From: a virus | Direction: 5' to 3' (one strand) | Length of the DNA stretch: 64,000 nt | Virus record (IMG/VR): IMGVR_UViG_3300049734_000086 | Span: 10,431 to 74,430 of that record | In this document: in pieces, positions 19,535-29,779 of the stretch | Layout of the letters: every line of letters begins with the position of its first letter | How positions within the stretch are numbered: position 1 is the first letter of the stretch | Notes under the pieces: generated by a model | The model's database searches: none | Told to the model about the DNA's origin: nothing | The model's input: only the letters and a program-made list of their open reading frames with translations | Made by a program: the position numbers and the translations under genes

Positions 19535-20140
19535 CTAGGCCGGGCGGGATTCTACACCATTGTTGACCTTGCCCTGGGCCCCGTTCGCCAGGACACGCTC
19601 GTAGGCCGCCTGGGCCACACTGCGGGTCTTGGCCCAGTTGAACTGCCCGAAGAAGCCGTCCGGGTCGATCTTGCGCCCCACCGGGCGGGCGATGGCCTTG
19701 TGTCCCACGACACGTTCCGGGGGGATCTTGTAGGCGGCCACGACCAGGGTCACGATCTCGTACAACGACGACATCTGCACGTCGGTGAAGCCCGAATCGG
19801 GCGTGGCGACCAGCTCGATGCCCAGGGAGAAGGCGTTGACGTTCTTCCGGTTGTCTGGTGGGGGCATCTGGCTCACCCCGGCATGCCACGCCACCCGGTC
19901 GTCCTCGACACAGCGCACGATCTCCCCGTCCCGGCCGATGACGAAGTGGGCCGAGACCTTGGCGTCCTTGCGCGCGAACCACCGCAGGGTGGACTCGGTG
20001 GACAGTACCCCTGTGTAGTGGAGGACCAGGGTGTCGACAGGGAGCTTGCGGGCCGAGTGGTTCGGCGAGGGATGGTAGCGCCACGGCTTGGACTGGAAGA
20101 TCGGCGGCGTGTGCGGGAAGTGCGGGACCAGTGGGGTCAT
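19535..20140 (-). CDS. N-acetylmuramoyl-L-alanine amidase (Amidase_2) endolysin
   Basis: VLHYT, SAHFVI, AWHAG, SLGIE, GH...RKIDP. Confidence 0.9.
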   Translation of the reverse strand: MTPLVPHFPHTPPIFQSKPWRYHPSPNHSARKLPVDTLVLHYTGVLSTESTLRWFARKDAKVSAHFVIGRDGEIVRCVEDDRVAWHAGVSQMPPPDNRKNVNAFSLGIELVATPDSGFTDVQMSSLYEIVTLVVAAYKIPPERVVGHKAIARPVGRKIDPDGFFGQFNWAKTRSVAQAAYERVLANGAQGKVNNGVESRPA

Positions 20141-20574
20141 GAACGGGGCTCTGCTGGGGACTCGACGGGTGGGACGTAGGTCTTGAGCCGCTGTCTGGCC
20201 ACGTGGACCAGATACCCCTTCAGCAGCCAACCGGCCGAGATGAAGTTGGCGAGCAGGATACCGGGCACGAACACCGCCGTGCGCTCGCGCACCGAGCCCA
20301 CCGCCGCCAGACTGAGACAGAGCAGGACCTGGGTGATCACGACCATGACCGCCCCGATGAAGCGGTCGGTCGAGATCAGCAGGCGGACCCCGTTCTCGCC
20401 CGAGCGCAGAGCGCCCCGGAAGTCCCAGATCCAGCAGTCGTACACCGACTTGCAGGCCACGACCACCCCGACGAGGCGGAGGACCAGCGAGGCGATCTCC
20501 AGGACCGAGAGGCCCTGCGGCGGCCCGGGGGTGATGAACCAGAGCCAGACCCAGTAGAGCAACGTATCGGTCAT
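20137..20574 (-). CDS. membrane protein
   Basis: Several hydrophobic helices; coupled to amidase. Confidence 0.55.
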   Translation of the reverse strand: MTDTLLYWVWLWFITPGPPQGLSVLEIASLVLRLVGVVVACKSVYDCWIWDFRGALRSGENGVRLLISTDRFIGAVMVVITQVLLCLSLAAVGSVRERTAVFVPGILLANFISAGWLLKGYLVHVARQRLKTYVPPVESPAEPRS

Positions 20575-20861
20575 CGCGGCGGGGTCCCCAGGTGCTTGAG
20601 ACTGTCGCGCATGTCGCGGATCTCCTTGTCCACGAGCCTCAGTTCGTGCCGGGTGTTCGCCTGCTGCGATTCGAGGACGGCGTAGAGCTGGTGGCTCTCG
20701 GCCATGTCCTTGGCGTACTGCGGCGGGTAGCGGATGATCCGGTAGAGACGCATCATGACGGTCACCAAGGTCGACCAACGGGTTCTCGGGCGGCTTCTCC
20801 GCTCGGGGTGAGCGGGCCGCTCGGGCTGGGCTCTGGCGGCGGCGGGATTACGGTTGGGCAC
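20571..20861 (-). CDS. hypothetical protein
   Basis: Coupled ORF with coiled-coil C-terminus. Confidence 0.45.
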   Translation of the reverse strand: MPNRNPAAARAQPERPAHPERRSRPRTRWSTLVTVMMRLYRIIRYPPQYAKDMAESHQLYAVLESQQANTRHELRLVDKEIRDMRDSLKHLGTPPR

Positions 20862-21150
20862 TGCGTCCCCCTTCGACGATCACGGGCAAGGCTTGGGCTA
20901 CCGTGGTCAGACCCTGCTTGCCGACGGTGACGCCTTCTTTGGCGACCACGGCATTCCGCATGGCCATCTCGCGCCAGCGGTCTCGATCCTCCTTCATGTC
21001 CAGGAACACCCACCGGGGGATGAAGATGGGGGCCTTGGCCACGAACGAGAAATAGATGATCGAGCCGAGGAGCAGGACCACGGCGTAGGGGCTGGTCAGG
21101 AGTTCGCCCCACGTCCGGGGGTCGGGCGCAGCTTGAGCCACGAGCCACAT
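20848..21150 (-). CDS. membrane protein
   Basis: One TM segment then RDRWREMA. Confidence 0.5.
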   Translation of the reverse strand: MWLVAQAAPDPRTWGELLTSPYAVVLLLGSIIYFSFVAKAPIFIPRWVFLDMKEDRDRWREMAMRNAVVAKEGVTVGKQGLTTVAQALPVIVEGGRSAQP

Positions 21151-21212
21151 GGTGGTGTACCGGGGGAGGGATGCGGAGGTCAGTATGCCTGCGGTGGGGG
21201 ACCAACGCAACC

Positions 21213-21614
21213 TCACAACCGCAGCCGCCGCATGATGATCTGTTTGACCTCCCGGACCCACGATTGTGGGATGCCGAGGAACCGGCGCACGGGGAGATTG
21301 CCGTGGCCCTGTTCGTGCTTCTCGGCGATGTCGGCCGAGCGGGCCGTGGCCATCCCCAGGCCGACCCGGTTCTCGGTCAGCATGCCGATGCCGTAGTCCT
21401 CGTCGAGCATCTGCCCGGTGTCGTGCAGGTCGACAGGGCCAGGGCGGCCAGACTGGTATGGGGCGAAGGCCCGGCCGTCTTCGTCGCGGCCCGATTTGGT
21501 CCGCCGGACAGTGCGCTCGACCAAGTGCATGCCGACCTCGCGCATGGTGTCGCGGCCCGGGGTGAGCTTGATGTCCTTGAAGGCGAAATTGCGGCGGATC
21601 TTGATACGGGCCAT
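21213..21614 (-). CDS. phage virion morphogenesis (Mu gpG-like) protein
   Basis: G.DEDG..F.PY, DLHDTGQML, LPVRRFLG motifs. Confidence 0.75.
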   Translation of the reverse strand: MARIKIRRNFAFKDIKLTPGRDTMREVGMHLVERTVRRTKSGRDEDGRAFAPYQSGRPGPVDLHDTGQMLDEDYGIGMLTENRVGLGMATARSADIAEKHEQGHGNLPVRRFLGIPQSWVREVKQIIMRRLRL

Positions 21615-21625
21615 GGGGGTCAGTC

Positions 21626-21940
21626 TCAGATCTCCGCCTGCGAGGCCTGCCCCACCGCCCAGTTCACCGGCCCGGCGGTCAGGAGAATGGGTTGCATGGG
21701 CTGGTTGAAGGTCAGGATGGTCAGATACAGGTCCTCCCCGGCCGCGATCAGGGCGCGTTCCTCGTCGCTGGGCTGCCAGCGGGTGATGACGCGGCCGTCG
21801 GGGGTGCAGACCGAGGGCAGGGGGCGGTACTCGGGCTGGTCCTTGGCGATGATGACGGCCTGCGAGCCCTTGGGGACCCAGGCCGGGTTGACGCGGGGAT
21901 CGACGATGTCCATGACGGTTACGGGCTCCTTTTCCACCAC
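21626..21940 (-). CDS. conserved phage hypothetical protein
   Basis: AKDQPEYRPLP...RWQPSDEERALI. Confidence 0.55.
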   Translation of the reverse strand: MVEKEPVTVMDIVDPRVNPAWVPKGSQAVIIAKDQPEYRPLPSVCTPDGRVITRWQPSDEERALIAAGEDLYLTILTFNQPMQPILLTAGPVNWAVGQASQAEI

Positions 21941-22025
21941 CAGACGTAGGCCAGACGGACGAGGAGGAGGGCGAGGACCAGGACGATGGCCCGGTCCAGG
22001 GCGGTGATGGGCTCGACGAAGCCGG

Positions 22026-22235
22026 TCATATCCGCACGACCCCCTTGTGCTCCCCGCAGTAGTCGTACTTGCCGGTGACTGGGTGCCGGGTCTCGACTTC
22101 CGTACTCACGCTCCCCTGACTGATGCCGTGGTCGAAGTCCGTGGTGACAATAGCCACCAGTACGGGCGGGAAGCGGTGACAGTGGCCCAGTTCCCCGTCA
22201 CCCGAGACCCAGTACTGACAGGTGTGGCAGTGCAT
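22026..22235 (-). CDS. small Cys-rich protein
   Basis: CxxC..W, GxCxRxPP, CGEH. Confidence 0.6.
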   Translation of the reverse strand: MHCHTCQYWVSGDGELGHCHRFPPVLVAIVTTDFDHGISQGSVSTEVETRHPVTGKYDYCGEHKGVVRI

Positions 22236-22237
22236 CG

Positions 22238-24118
22238 CTACTTCCGCTTGGCGGTCTTCGGTTTCCGGCTCGGAGCCTGACGCACCCGGACCCTGGCCAG
22301 CCGCTCCTGGTGGTCTCTGTCCTCCTGGGCCCTCACGTCCTCACGCTCGGCCTTGATGGTCTCCTTCTCGTCCTCCCGGTCTTCCTGCTCCCGAGGGTTG
22401 CGACCGGCGATCAGGTCCTGCCGCTCCTTGTCCTGGGCCTGCTGGGCCAGTGTCGACTCCGCCTCCAGTTCCTTCTCGATGGTGTCGCGGGTCGTCTGGT
22501 CGAGATCCGGCAAGGCCAGTTGCAGTACCCCCGCCTTGAGGAGTTTGGCGGCGGTCGGGCCCACACCCAGTTCCAGTACCAGCTTGGTCTCCTCCGCCTT
22601 GGCCAGGAGCTGCTCGACGTGGAACTCGTCGGGGTGCGCGATCCGAATCCCGGCCGCCTTGTACGCCGCCAGTCCACGCTCGGGGCCCAGGGTGCCCTGG
22701 AAGTACATCCGGGCGGCGAAGTAGTCGATCTCCTCGGCGTTGTCGGCCAGGGAGGCCAGACTCGAATTGAGGTCGGCCGCCTTGAGCTGCCGCGACCCCT
22801 CCGCCTCGGCCTCCTTGGAATCACTCTCCCAGGGCAGGGACGTGAGCCTGAACGCCTTGCGCTCGACCCTGGCCAGTTCCTCGGTGTAGCGGGCAGCCGG
22901 GCCGTCCCCGGGAGCCACGTAGATGGCCTGCCCGCCCTTGGTGAACACCACCGAGTCGGTCCCGACGTGCTCGCCCATGCGGTTGCGGGCATCCTGCACG
23001 GTCTCGTCGTCCTGGAGCGGGATGTTGAGAATGTTGAAGGTCTGGGCACGGAAGATCTCACGCAGCTCGGAGATCAGGTTGAAGTGGTCCTTGAACAGCC
23101 GCCCATCGCCCAGCAGGCCCCGGCCGATGATCGGGATCCGCGCCCTCCGCTTGCAGTACCACAGGCGGACGGGGAGTTCCCCGAAGCCGTGCGGGCGGAC
23201 CTGGACCTGCGCCCCGAAGGTGTCGAACTGGGTGGCGTACTGGCCATTCCAGGTGAAGTACCACCGCTCGGCGGGGAGGGGCTGATCGAGGAGTGAGGCC
23301 CGCTCGACAGGCTCCTCGACCTTGATGGCCGCCAGTTGGTTGCGCGGGGCCAGCCAGTCGGGGATGTCCAGGGGCGAGTAGCAGCGCAGGACCGGGCGGC
23401 CCAGTTGGGCCAGCGTGGTCAGACCCGTCTTGCCCCCGTTGGGGGTGATGTTGGTGCGGAGGGTGTTGGGGGGCTGGCGGTCGACCACGATGGCTTGGTG
23501 GCCGTAGACGTTGGTCAGGGTCTGCCACCGCTTGAGCCAGTCGTCCATGTGGGTGCCGTAGCCGTCCACGTCCTCCAGCCACTCCAGGTACGGGGAGCGG
23601 TCGAGGAGGGCAGGCTGGTTGGTCACTTCCCGCTTGGGCAGCTTGGCGTACTGGTAGTCGACGAACAGGTCGGTGATGGTGGCGGCGAAGTTCTCGTAGC
23701 GCGCAATCTGCTGGCGCTGGAGGTACTTCCGTTTCCGGCTCACGACCACCGTGTAGTCGGTCGACCCGTCGGTGTTCTGCTTGAAGTTCAGCTCACGGGG
23801 GTGCGGGACCAGGGCCTCACCCGACAGGTAGGGCCCATCCCCTTCGTAGACGTGTCCCAGCTCGGTCCACACCGAGGCCCACTCGATGTAGCGCGGATGC
23901 TTGATCGAGACGATGCCGGAGAGGGCGGACTGGGGGAGGCCACGGGCCCGGGCCGCTGCCAGGGCGGTCGACTGGGTGATCGGGGTCCCAATGGGGATGG
24001 AGCGGCCGGTGGAGCCCAACGACTGTCCCGTGTCGCTGACGATGTTGAGACCCACGCCGACCCCGTAGGAGGTGCGGGGGGCGGCGGCGATGGGGCGGAC
24101 TTTCGGGGTCTTGGCCAT
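22238..24118 (-). CDS. portal protein
   Basis: 626 aa; KHPRY..W, HGFGELPV; between terminase and head genes. Confidence 0.8.
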   Translation of the reverse strand: MAKTPKVRPIAAAPRTSYGVGVGLNIVSDTGQSLGSTGRSIPIGTPITQSTALAAARARGLPQSALSGIVSIKHPRYIEWASVWTELGHVYEGDGPYLSGEALVPHPRELNFKQNTDGSTDYTVVVSRKRKYLQRQQIARYENFAATITDLFVDYQYAKLPKREVTNQPALLDRSPYLEWLEDVDGYGTHMDDWLKRWQTLTNVYGHQAIVVDRQPPNTLRTNITPNGGKTGLTTLAQLGRPVLRCYSPLDIPDWLAPRNQLAAIKVEEPVERASLLDQPLPAERWYFTWNGQYATQFDTFGAQVQVRPHGFGELPVRLWYCKRRARIPIIGRGLLGDGRLFKDHFNLISELREIFRAQTFNILNIPLQDDETVQDARNRMGEHVGTDSVVFTKGGQAIYVAPGDGPAARYTEELARVERKAFRLTSLPWESDSKEAEAEGSRQLKAADLNSSLASLADNAEEIDYFAARMYFQGTLGPERGLAAYKAAGIRIAHPDEFHVEQLLAKAEETKLVLELGVGPTAAKLLKAGVLQLALPDLDQTTRDTIEKELEAESTLAQQAQDKERQDLIAGRNPREQEDREDEKETIKAEREDVRAQEDRDHQERLARVRVRQAPSRKPKTAKRK

Positions 24119-24139
24119 AGGCTCGGGCTCGAGTACTGA

Positions 24140-24442
24140 CTAGGGAGACACGGGATGTCCGTTGCCATTTGCGCCGGTACTGGTCCCGGAGGCCTGGGCC
24201 TTGGGCAGGTTCCCCGGGGTGTTCCCCAGCAGTCTGACCATGATGGCTCGCGGGCCCTTCTCGTGCAGGACCGGCGTGAAGTCGACCAGCAGGCCCGGGA
24301 CCAGGACCCGGGTCAGGTCGAACAGCTCCAGGCGGTGATCGTTGATGATGTCGTCGCGGTAGAAGAAGCGCGCGACCTCGGGCTCACGATCACTGACCAC
24401 GAAGGCGTAGGCGTATTGGACGGATTTGATGCGGCCGGTCAT
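24140..24442 (-). CDS. divergent cold-shock (OB-fold) domain protein
   Basis: MTGRIK...YAFV...FFY...VDF...KGPRA. Confidence 0.6.
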   Translation of the reverse strand: MTGRIKSVQYAYAFVVSDREPEVARFFYRDDIINDHRLELFDLTRVLVPGLLVDFTPVLHEKGPRAIMVRLLGNTPGNLPKAQASGTSTGANGNGHPVSP

Positions 24443-24448
24443 GGGGTC

Positions 24449-24724
24449 TTAGTCCTCGTCTGAGTCATCGTGGGCAGCGGGGGTGTCCGTGTCGGAGTCG
24501 TCGAGGTCGTCTTCGTCGTTGTCACCGGCGATGGTGAAGCCGCCGGGATCGCCGACCCGAATCAGCCGGTCGTGGCGTTCGAGCAGGGCCTCGAAGGCGT
24601 CGGTCATGCCGTCGAGGACATCGGGATCGTCGCCGCTGTCGCCGTACAGATCGACTTCTAGATCCTCGTCGAACTCCTCATCGCGGCTCGGGCAGGCGCG
24701 ACGAGTGCTGGGGCGCTGTGCCAT
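24449..24724 (-). CDS. highly acidic small protein
   Basis: 91 aa, Asp/Glu-rich; GGAG RBS. Confidence 0.5.
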   Translation of the reverse strand: MAQRPSTRRACPSRDEEFDEDLEVDLYGDSGDDPDVLDGMTDAFEALLERHDRLIRVGDPGGFTIAGDNDEDDLDDSDTDTPAAHDDSDED

Positions 24725-25016
24725 GGTCCGGGTCTCCTGGGGCGTAAGGGAGAAAGCCCGGACACGATAGCACAGGTAGTGGCGATGGTCGGGGTGGGGC
24801 CCTATTGGTTGGGGATTCTAGGGGATTCTGTCCTTGGTGACCTTGTCCTGCTCATAGGGTCGGCTCCTATGCTAGCGGCCAGCAATGCCGTGAGTCTTGC
24901 GCCAAATAGACCAACAGACCTTGCAGTCCTTAGGCGGTCGCTTAGCTTGGTAACTGGGATGCTTTGAGCACTTCTTCGTAATCATGGGGTCGGCTCCTGT
25001 GCGGAGGAAAGGGCGG

Positions 25017-25406
25017 CTACTCCTTCGCATTGCGTGTGATCCACCAGTCGAGGAAATACGCCCCCGGTGGGTCGTGAACCGGCTCGCGCGGCAGGTTCTT
25101 ACCATCGCCGCAGTTGTGGTCGTAGCGCCAACCGAACCAGACGCGCAAGTATCGACCCTCCTCCCGCCGCAGACGTACCTGAAAGAGCGGCGGCCACTGC
25201 ACGCCCGCGTAGCCGTCTTCACCGAGAGGCACGCGGACCAGCCACTTCGCTTGGTAGAGGGAGTACACCATGCTCGCCCGCTGAATGCCCCCAAGCAGCA
25301 GCCCGAGCGGCCCGCCCAAGCGCCAATCGGTCCCCATGTTGACGTACCGGAAGGCCAGCGGCTCGTCGCCCGTGGCCTGCGGCAGATAGCGGCGCAAATC
25401 AATCAT
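25017..25406 (-). CDS. hypothetical protein
   Basis: Coupled ORF, aromatic-rich. Confidence 0.45.
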   Translation of the reverse strand: MIDLRRYLPQATGDEPLAFRYVNMGTDWRLGGPLGLLLGGIQRASMVYSLYQAKWLVRVPLGEDGYAGVQWPPLFQVRLRREEGRYLRVWFGWRYDHNCGDGKNLPREPVHDPPGAYFLDWWITRNAKE

Positions 25407-25680
25407 CGGCCGTAACTGACTCCGCCAGTCTGGCCAGCGTGTTCAGGGCGTCCCGCAACTGGCTCTCGACGTTGGCCAGCCGCTTGTCGAACGCCGACAG
25501 GAGCCGGGTCTGCGCCTCCCCATCGGCCCGTACCCGTACCAGGTCGACCCGGATGCTGTCGACCGTGTTGGTCAGTCTGGCCAAGCGGTTCGTCGCGGCC
25601 CTGGTGTTGCGGAGCGTGGTGTCCTGGGGGTTGCGCTTCTTCTTCGGGGTCCGTGTCGGCGGCGTCATAGTCTCAGTCAC
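25399..25680 (-). CDS. coiled-coil hypothetical protein
   Basis: GGAGG RBS, heptad pattern. Confidence 0.5.
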   Translation of the reverse strand: MTETMTPPTRTPKKKRNPQDTTLRNTRAATNRLARLTNTVDSIRVDLVRVRADGEAQTRLLSAFDKRLANVESQLRDALNTLARLAESVTADD

Positions 25681-26239
25681 AGTAGCCTCCTTCGTTCCGC
25701 ACCTTCAGCCGGATCATCTTCTTCTCCCACACTAGATTCCGCTCCTCGGTCCAGTCCAACCGACCGGGCCGGTTCCCGACCACGTTGAAGCGGGCATCCT
25801 CGCCACGCGCCCGACGGTTCCACTGCACCGCCATGCGCTTGAGCCGATTGCGCTCGGTCTTACTGAGCCCGAACCCGCCTTCGTGCTCGCTGAACGTGGC
25901 CTCGTCCAAGGCGCGTTCGACCTTGCGGGCAAAGATAGCAGCGGCCTGCAGGTCCCTGGGGCGGCACTTGGGGGCGCTCCCCGTGATGTGGCGGTACCCG
26001 GAGCGGAACTTCCCACCATGGGCTTCCAGCTCCACCTTGTCACTGGCGCGAGCCGGGTCAGGGTACCGTTCCTTGCGGTGCGGGTTGGCCTTCTTGACAT
26101 GCGCCCGCATCTGGTCCGCTGTCTTGGTGGTCAGTTTGGGGAAGCAGACCGGGCACCACCGCTTCGAGTACAAGGGGTCGGTGGGCAGCCTGAGCCAGTA
26201 CGGCCCGCCACAGTTCTGGCAGGTGCGCTGCTCGATCAC
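25673..26239 (-). CDS. zinc-ribbon hypothetical protein
   Basis: CQNC...CPVC at N-terminus. Confidence 0.5.
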   Translation of the reverse strand: MIEQRTCQNCGGPYWLRLPTDPLYSKRWCPVCFPKLTTKTADQMRAHVKKANPHRKERYPDPARASDKVELEAHGGKFRSGYRHITGSAPKCRPRDLQAAAIFARKVERALDEATFSEHEGGFGLSKTERNRLKRMAVQWNRRARGEDARFNVVGNRPGRLDWTEERNLVWEKKMIRLKVRNEGGYCD

Positions 26240-26520
26240 AGGTCGTACTCCTTCGCCGCCCGCTCCCGCACCGCCTTGTTGCTGGTGCGCCGGGTGCGAT
26301 CCGTGATGCAGGCCACGCAGGCCCCATTGGAGAAGTACCGTCGTGTCCCCCCGCACCGCTTGCACGGACGGCCCTCGAACTGGGTGATGTTGTCCTGGCA
26401 GGGCGGGGGCTTGGGTGCAGGGCCCGTGACCACCGAGGCCAGCGCCTCCTGCATCTCCCGGTGGAACTCGTCATCGCCCATCACCTCGCGGACGGGCGGC
26501 GGCATGGGAGGCTTCAACAT
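26236..26520 (-). CDS. zinc-finger hypothetical protein
   Basis: GRPCKRCGGTRRY..NGACVAC. Confidence 0.55.
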   Translation of the reverse strand: MLKPPMPPPVREVMGDDEFHREMQEALASVVTGPAPKPPPCQDNITQFEGRPCKRCGGTRRYFSNGACVACITDRTRRTSNKAVRERAAKEYDL

Positions 26521-26715
26521 AGAACGATAGATTAGAGATTCGGGGGGTATTAGGCAAGGGGAAACAAACGGCCGTCGGGTCGAGGGTATTTAGCACTCTG
26601 GGCACTACAGGTTACTGGGCACTCCAGGAGACTTAGCACCGAAGGCACAATTTCCAGGGCTTGTTAGTACTACTAAACTAAGAGAGCGGACGGATTCCGT
26701 GGTCCGCACCCAGGC

Positions 26716-28329
26716 TCAGTACTCCCCGCCGGACCAGAAATTCGTCTCCGTGAACTCCTGCTGCAGGAACAGCCGCTTGTCCGCCTGCGTGGTCCCGTCG
26801 ACTTGGTCGTCATTGGCGGAGTTGGGGAACATGGTGTGCTCGTTGAGGAAGGACCCCACGGCCAGGAACCCCCCGGGCTGGTACGGCGGGGGGTTGTCGT
26901 TGTGGGCGTTGCCGGTACGGGCCACCCATTCGTACCCCGGGAGGGCGGGGTAGGGGATGACGTAGTTCCCCGCCTGCAGTCGTGGACTCATGGCGTGGGC
27001 CCTGGCCTCCTTACTCGTGTCGACCTCGATGCTCAGGATCCCCGGGACCTCGTCTTGGAGGGTCCGAATGATGGCCGTGCCGTTGGCCTTGTCCTCGACC
27101 AGGATCGCGTTGGGGATCTGGCGGTGACAGAGTCGGAGGGCGCGGACCTGGGTCTGTGACTCGATGAAGTCGAAGTGGCCGCGCTTCTGGTTGATGAGGA
27201 ACGCCAGCGCCCCGGTACGGCCCCAGGCTTGGCCTACGACATACGAGTGCTCCTCACGGTCCTTGAAGGCCATGTCCCACGAGTCGATACGTTCCTCGAA
27301 GCGTGGGGGGAGGGGCAGGATCGGACGGCCATTCTCATCGGGGGTACCGCAGAGTTCGTGTCCGGCCGGGGCCCAGTACCGCCACCACGACCGCTTCAGA
27401 ATCCCACCCTCGGCTGGTGTGGGGTCTTGTTGGAATTGGGCGGCGTAGGCGTTCCCGAGGTCGATCTTGAGGCGGTCGATCACGGGCTGGGGGAAGCGTT
27501 CGGGGAAGAGGAGTTCCCCGGGCTCGGTGCGCGGGTCGGTGAAGAACGGGCGGCCGTCGTTGAGGTGGGTGAAGCAGCGGCGCTTGGGGTCGAACTCGGC
27601 CTGGAGATTGAGGTGGACGTACCCCGCCTTGTTGTTGAGCACGTGGCCTGAGAGGTCAGACTCGTGCCCCCTCTGCATGATGATCACCTTGGCGACCTTG
27701 CGCTGGTCGTTGATTCTGGTGGCCATGACCTCGTCCCACCACTGCACCACCGCCGCGCGCATGTTCTCGGAGTGGATCTCCTTCATGTTGTGCGGGTCGT
27801 CCGCCACCAGCCGGTCGCCGCCCTCTCCCGTGTTGGAGCCCGAGACTGACGTACTGAGGTGGTACCCCATCTTGTCGTTCTGGTACTTGATCTGACCATC
27901 CGGGGTGAACTTCTGCTTCCCCAGTTGGAACACGTGCGACCACCCGGACTTGTACCAGGGCGTGTCCATGATCAGGCGGCGGCGCTGGGAGTCCCGTTGG
28001 CTGAGAGTCTGGGCGTACGAGCTGAAGATCCAGCGCGTGTGGGGCAGTCCGCCCGGTCCCCACTCCCAGGTGGGCCACATGATGGCCACCAGGGTCGATT
28101 TGGCGTGGCGGGGCGGGATGTTGATGAGGAGCAGGTTGATGTCCCCGAACGTCACCGCCTCCAAATGGTCACAGATGGCGTCGTGGAACCACGTCCAGGC
28201 CAGGGGGGTCCTGGGCTCGACGATGGGCCACGCCAGCTTGGTGTATTCACGGAGGCCGCCCCGGGTCTCGGACAGGCGGTACCCCAGCTCGTTGCGGACA
28301 TCCTCGTAGGTCAGGGCGGTGAGAGGCAT
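26716..28329 (-). CDS. terL: terminase large subunit
   Basis: INIPPRHAKS Walker A variant, VADDPH Walker B, SWDMAF, VEDKANG, NDDQVD nuclease motifs. Confidence 0.92.
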   Translation of the reverse strand: MPLTALTYEDVRNELGYRLSETRGGLREYTKLAWPIVEPRTPLAWTWFHDAICDHLEAVTFGDINLLLINIPPRHAKSTLVAIMWPTWEWGPGGLPHTRWIFSSYAQTLSQRDSQRRRLIMDTPWYKSGWSHVFQLGKQKFTPDGQIKYQNDKMGYHLSTSVSGSNTGEGGDRLVADDPHNMKEIHSENMRAAVVQWWDEVMATRINDQRKVAKVIIMQRGHESDLSGHVLNNKAGYVHLNLQAEFDPKRRCFTHLNDGRPFFTDPRTEPGELLFPERFPQPVIDRLKIDLGNAYAAQFQQDPTPAEGGILKRSWWRYWAPAGHELCGTPDENGRPILPLPPRFEERIDSWDMAFKDREEHSYVVGQAWGRTGALAFLINQKRGHFDFIESQTQVRALRLCHRQIPNAILVEDKANGTAIIRTLQDEVPGILSIEVDTSKEARAHAMSPRLQAGNYVIPYPALPGYEWVARTGNAHNDNPPPYQPGGFLAVGSFLNEHTMFPNSANDDQVDGTTQADKRLFLQQEFTETNFWSGGEY

Positions 28330-28622
28330 CAGTTGACCGTGTCCGTGTGGCCAGTGTCCGCCTTGGCCTTGACGGTCCTGGCCTTCGCCGTCTGGTAGTA
28401 ACCACGGCACGCCTCGACGAGGACGAGCCCGGTGGTCTGCACGTTCCGATCGTTGAGTACCCACTGGTACCGCAGGCAGATCTCCAGTCGAACGACCAGC
28501 CCGTGGACCATGGCGAGCAACTGGTCCCGTTCACTGCCTCCTATCGCCTCTGCGGATTCGATCAGCGCGTCCACGACTTCGGTCTGCAGGCTCTCTAGGC
28601 TGGGTGTGTCGTCTTGGTTCAT
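28329..28622 (-). CDS. hypothetical protein
   Basis: Coupled between terminase subunits. Confidence 0.5.
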   Translation of the reverse strand: MNQDDTPSLESLQTEVVDALIESAEAIGGSERDQLLAMVHGLVVRLEICLRYQWVLNDRNVQTTGLVLVEACRGYYQTAKARTVKAKADTGHTDTVN

Positions 28623-28626
28623 GGTG

Positions 28627-29529
28627 TCAGGGCTCCTCACTCGGCGTGGGCGGGGTTTCCTCGGTGAACTGGTCGAACGGGGCTGCGATGTCCGCCCGCA
28701 ACACCTCATCGACCCTGCGCGCCTCCCCTTCGATCACCAGCGGGGTGCTGGTACTCAGTGTCGCTTGGGGGATCGGTCTGGACTCCTGCAGCCGTCTGGC
28801 CAGGGAGACCAGATCGTCCATCGTCGCCTCCGCTAACGGCCGCCGGATGTTGAGGTCCACTTCGACTGGTGCGTCGAGTCCGAGCATCTTGGCCCTCCGG
28901 CTCATGATGTTCAGGGCCTGGGCGATGGAGTACGTCTCTCCCCGTTCGATGGCGGGCCACAGGTAGGTCATCATCTTGTCGAGCCGCGTCAGGTCCAGGG
29001 CCCGGATGTCCTCGGCCAGGATGCGCTCGTACTTCCGCAAGTACGCCAACGCCTCCTGCACGTCCTGGTGCGCCGTCTTGACACTGACCCCCAGGGCCAC
29101 ACCGATCTCGCGGTAGTCGTACCCTGCCGCCCGGTAGTTGAGGGCCTCGACCCGGCGCTGCTCCTTGGTCAGCCGCTGGGGCTTGGCGTCGTCATGCGGG
29201 ATCTTGTCGGGTTCGAGCGGCACGGCCTCTTCGACTTCCGGGAGTGGCTTGCCGAGGTCGATGCGCGGGAGCTTACCGACGAGACTGGCCTTCCCGGCCT
29301 CAGTCTGACCTTGGGGGCCGGGGCCATCAGATGGGGAAGTGTCAATGCCGTTACTCGGGGCGGGCCCTGTGGGCTCACCCGTCACACCCCCATCGTCACC
29401 GTGCGGGGGCTCGGGGTTGGTCAGGTGGTCCAGGCCGCCCTTGAACTCGCCGGGGATCTTCTTACGAGTCTTGCCTTTACGAGCGTTGGCGGCGTTGCGG
29501 CGGTGGGTGGTGGTACGGTGGCCGGGCAC
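28627..29529 (-). CDS. terminase small subunit-like HTH protein
   Basis: ALNYRAAGYDYREIGVALGVS HTH; RRAKMLGLDAP; first gene of late operon. Confidence 0.7.
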   Translation of the reverse strand: MPGHRTTTHRRNAANARKGKTRKKIPGEFKGGLDHLTNPEPPHGDDGGVTGEPTGPAPSNGIDTSPSDGPGPQGQTEAGKASLVGKLPRIDLGKPLPEVEEAVPLEPDKIPHDDAKPQRLTKEQRRVEALNYRAAGYDYREIGVALGVSVKTAHQDVQEALAYLRKYERILAEDIRALDLTRLDKMMTYLWPAIERGETYSIAQALNIMSRRAKMLGLDAPVEVDLNIRRPLAEATMDDLVSLARRLQESRPIPQATLSTSTPLVIEGEARRVDEVLRADIAAPFDQFTEETPPTPSEEP

Positions 29530-29745
29530 GGGGAATTAGGCTCCAGAATCAGGGGTCATCGACGGGTCTGGGCAGGCAGGGTAACAGGAATTCGGTGTTA
29601 CCGGGTAGCCCTGGGCTGCCAGCGGGGTACTGCGGCGGGGTCTGGCAAGGGTACTGCGGGCCGGGCCAGGGAGGTCAGTTACTGGGCTCTGGGGCTTATG
29701 GCTGAGCTAGGTCCTGGCAGCCTGGAAAGTGTCTCAAAATAGGAC

Positions 29746-29774
29746 AGTCTGGCCTAGGTGGTTGGGTGTATAAT
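29746..29774 (+). promoter_or_regulatory. putative rightward early promoter
   Basis: Perfect TATAAT at 29769-29774 in the CpG-free divergent intergenic region; no canonical -35. Confidence 0.5.
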
Positions 29775-29779
29775 GTGGG

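Noticed and set aside
298-29500. Long plus-strand ORFs opposite the structural genes (e.g. 298-1374, 2277-3707, 11352-12854)
   Set aside because: Antisense shadows typical of high-GC coding DNA
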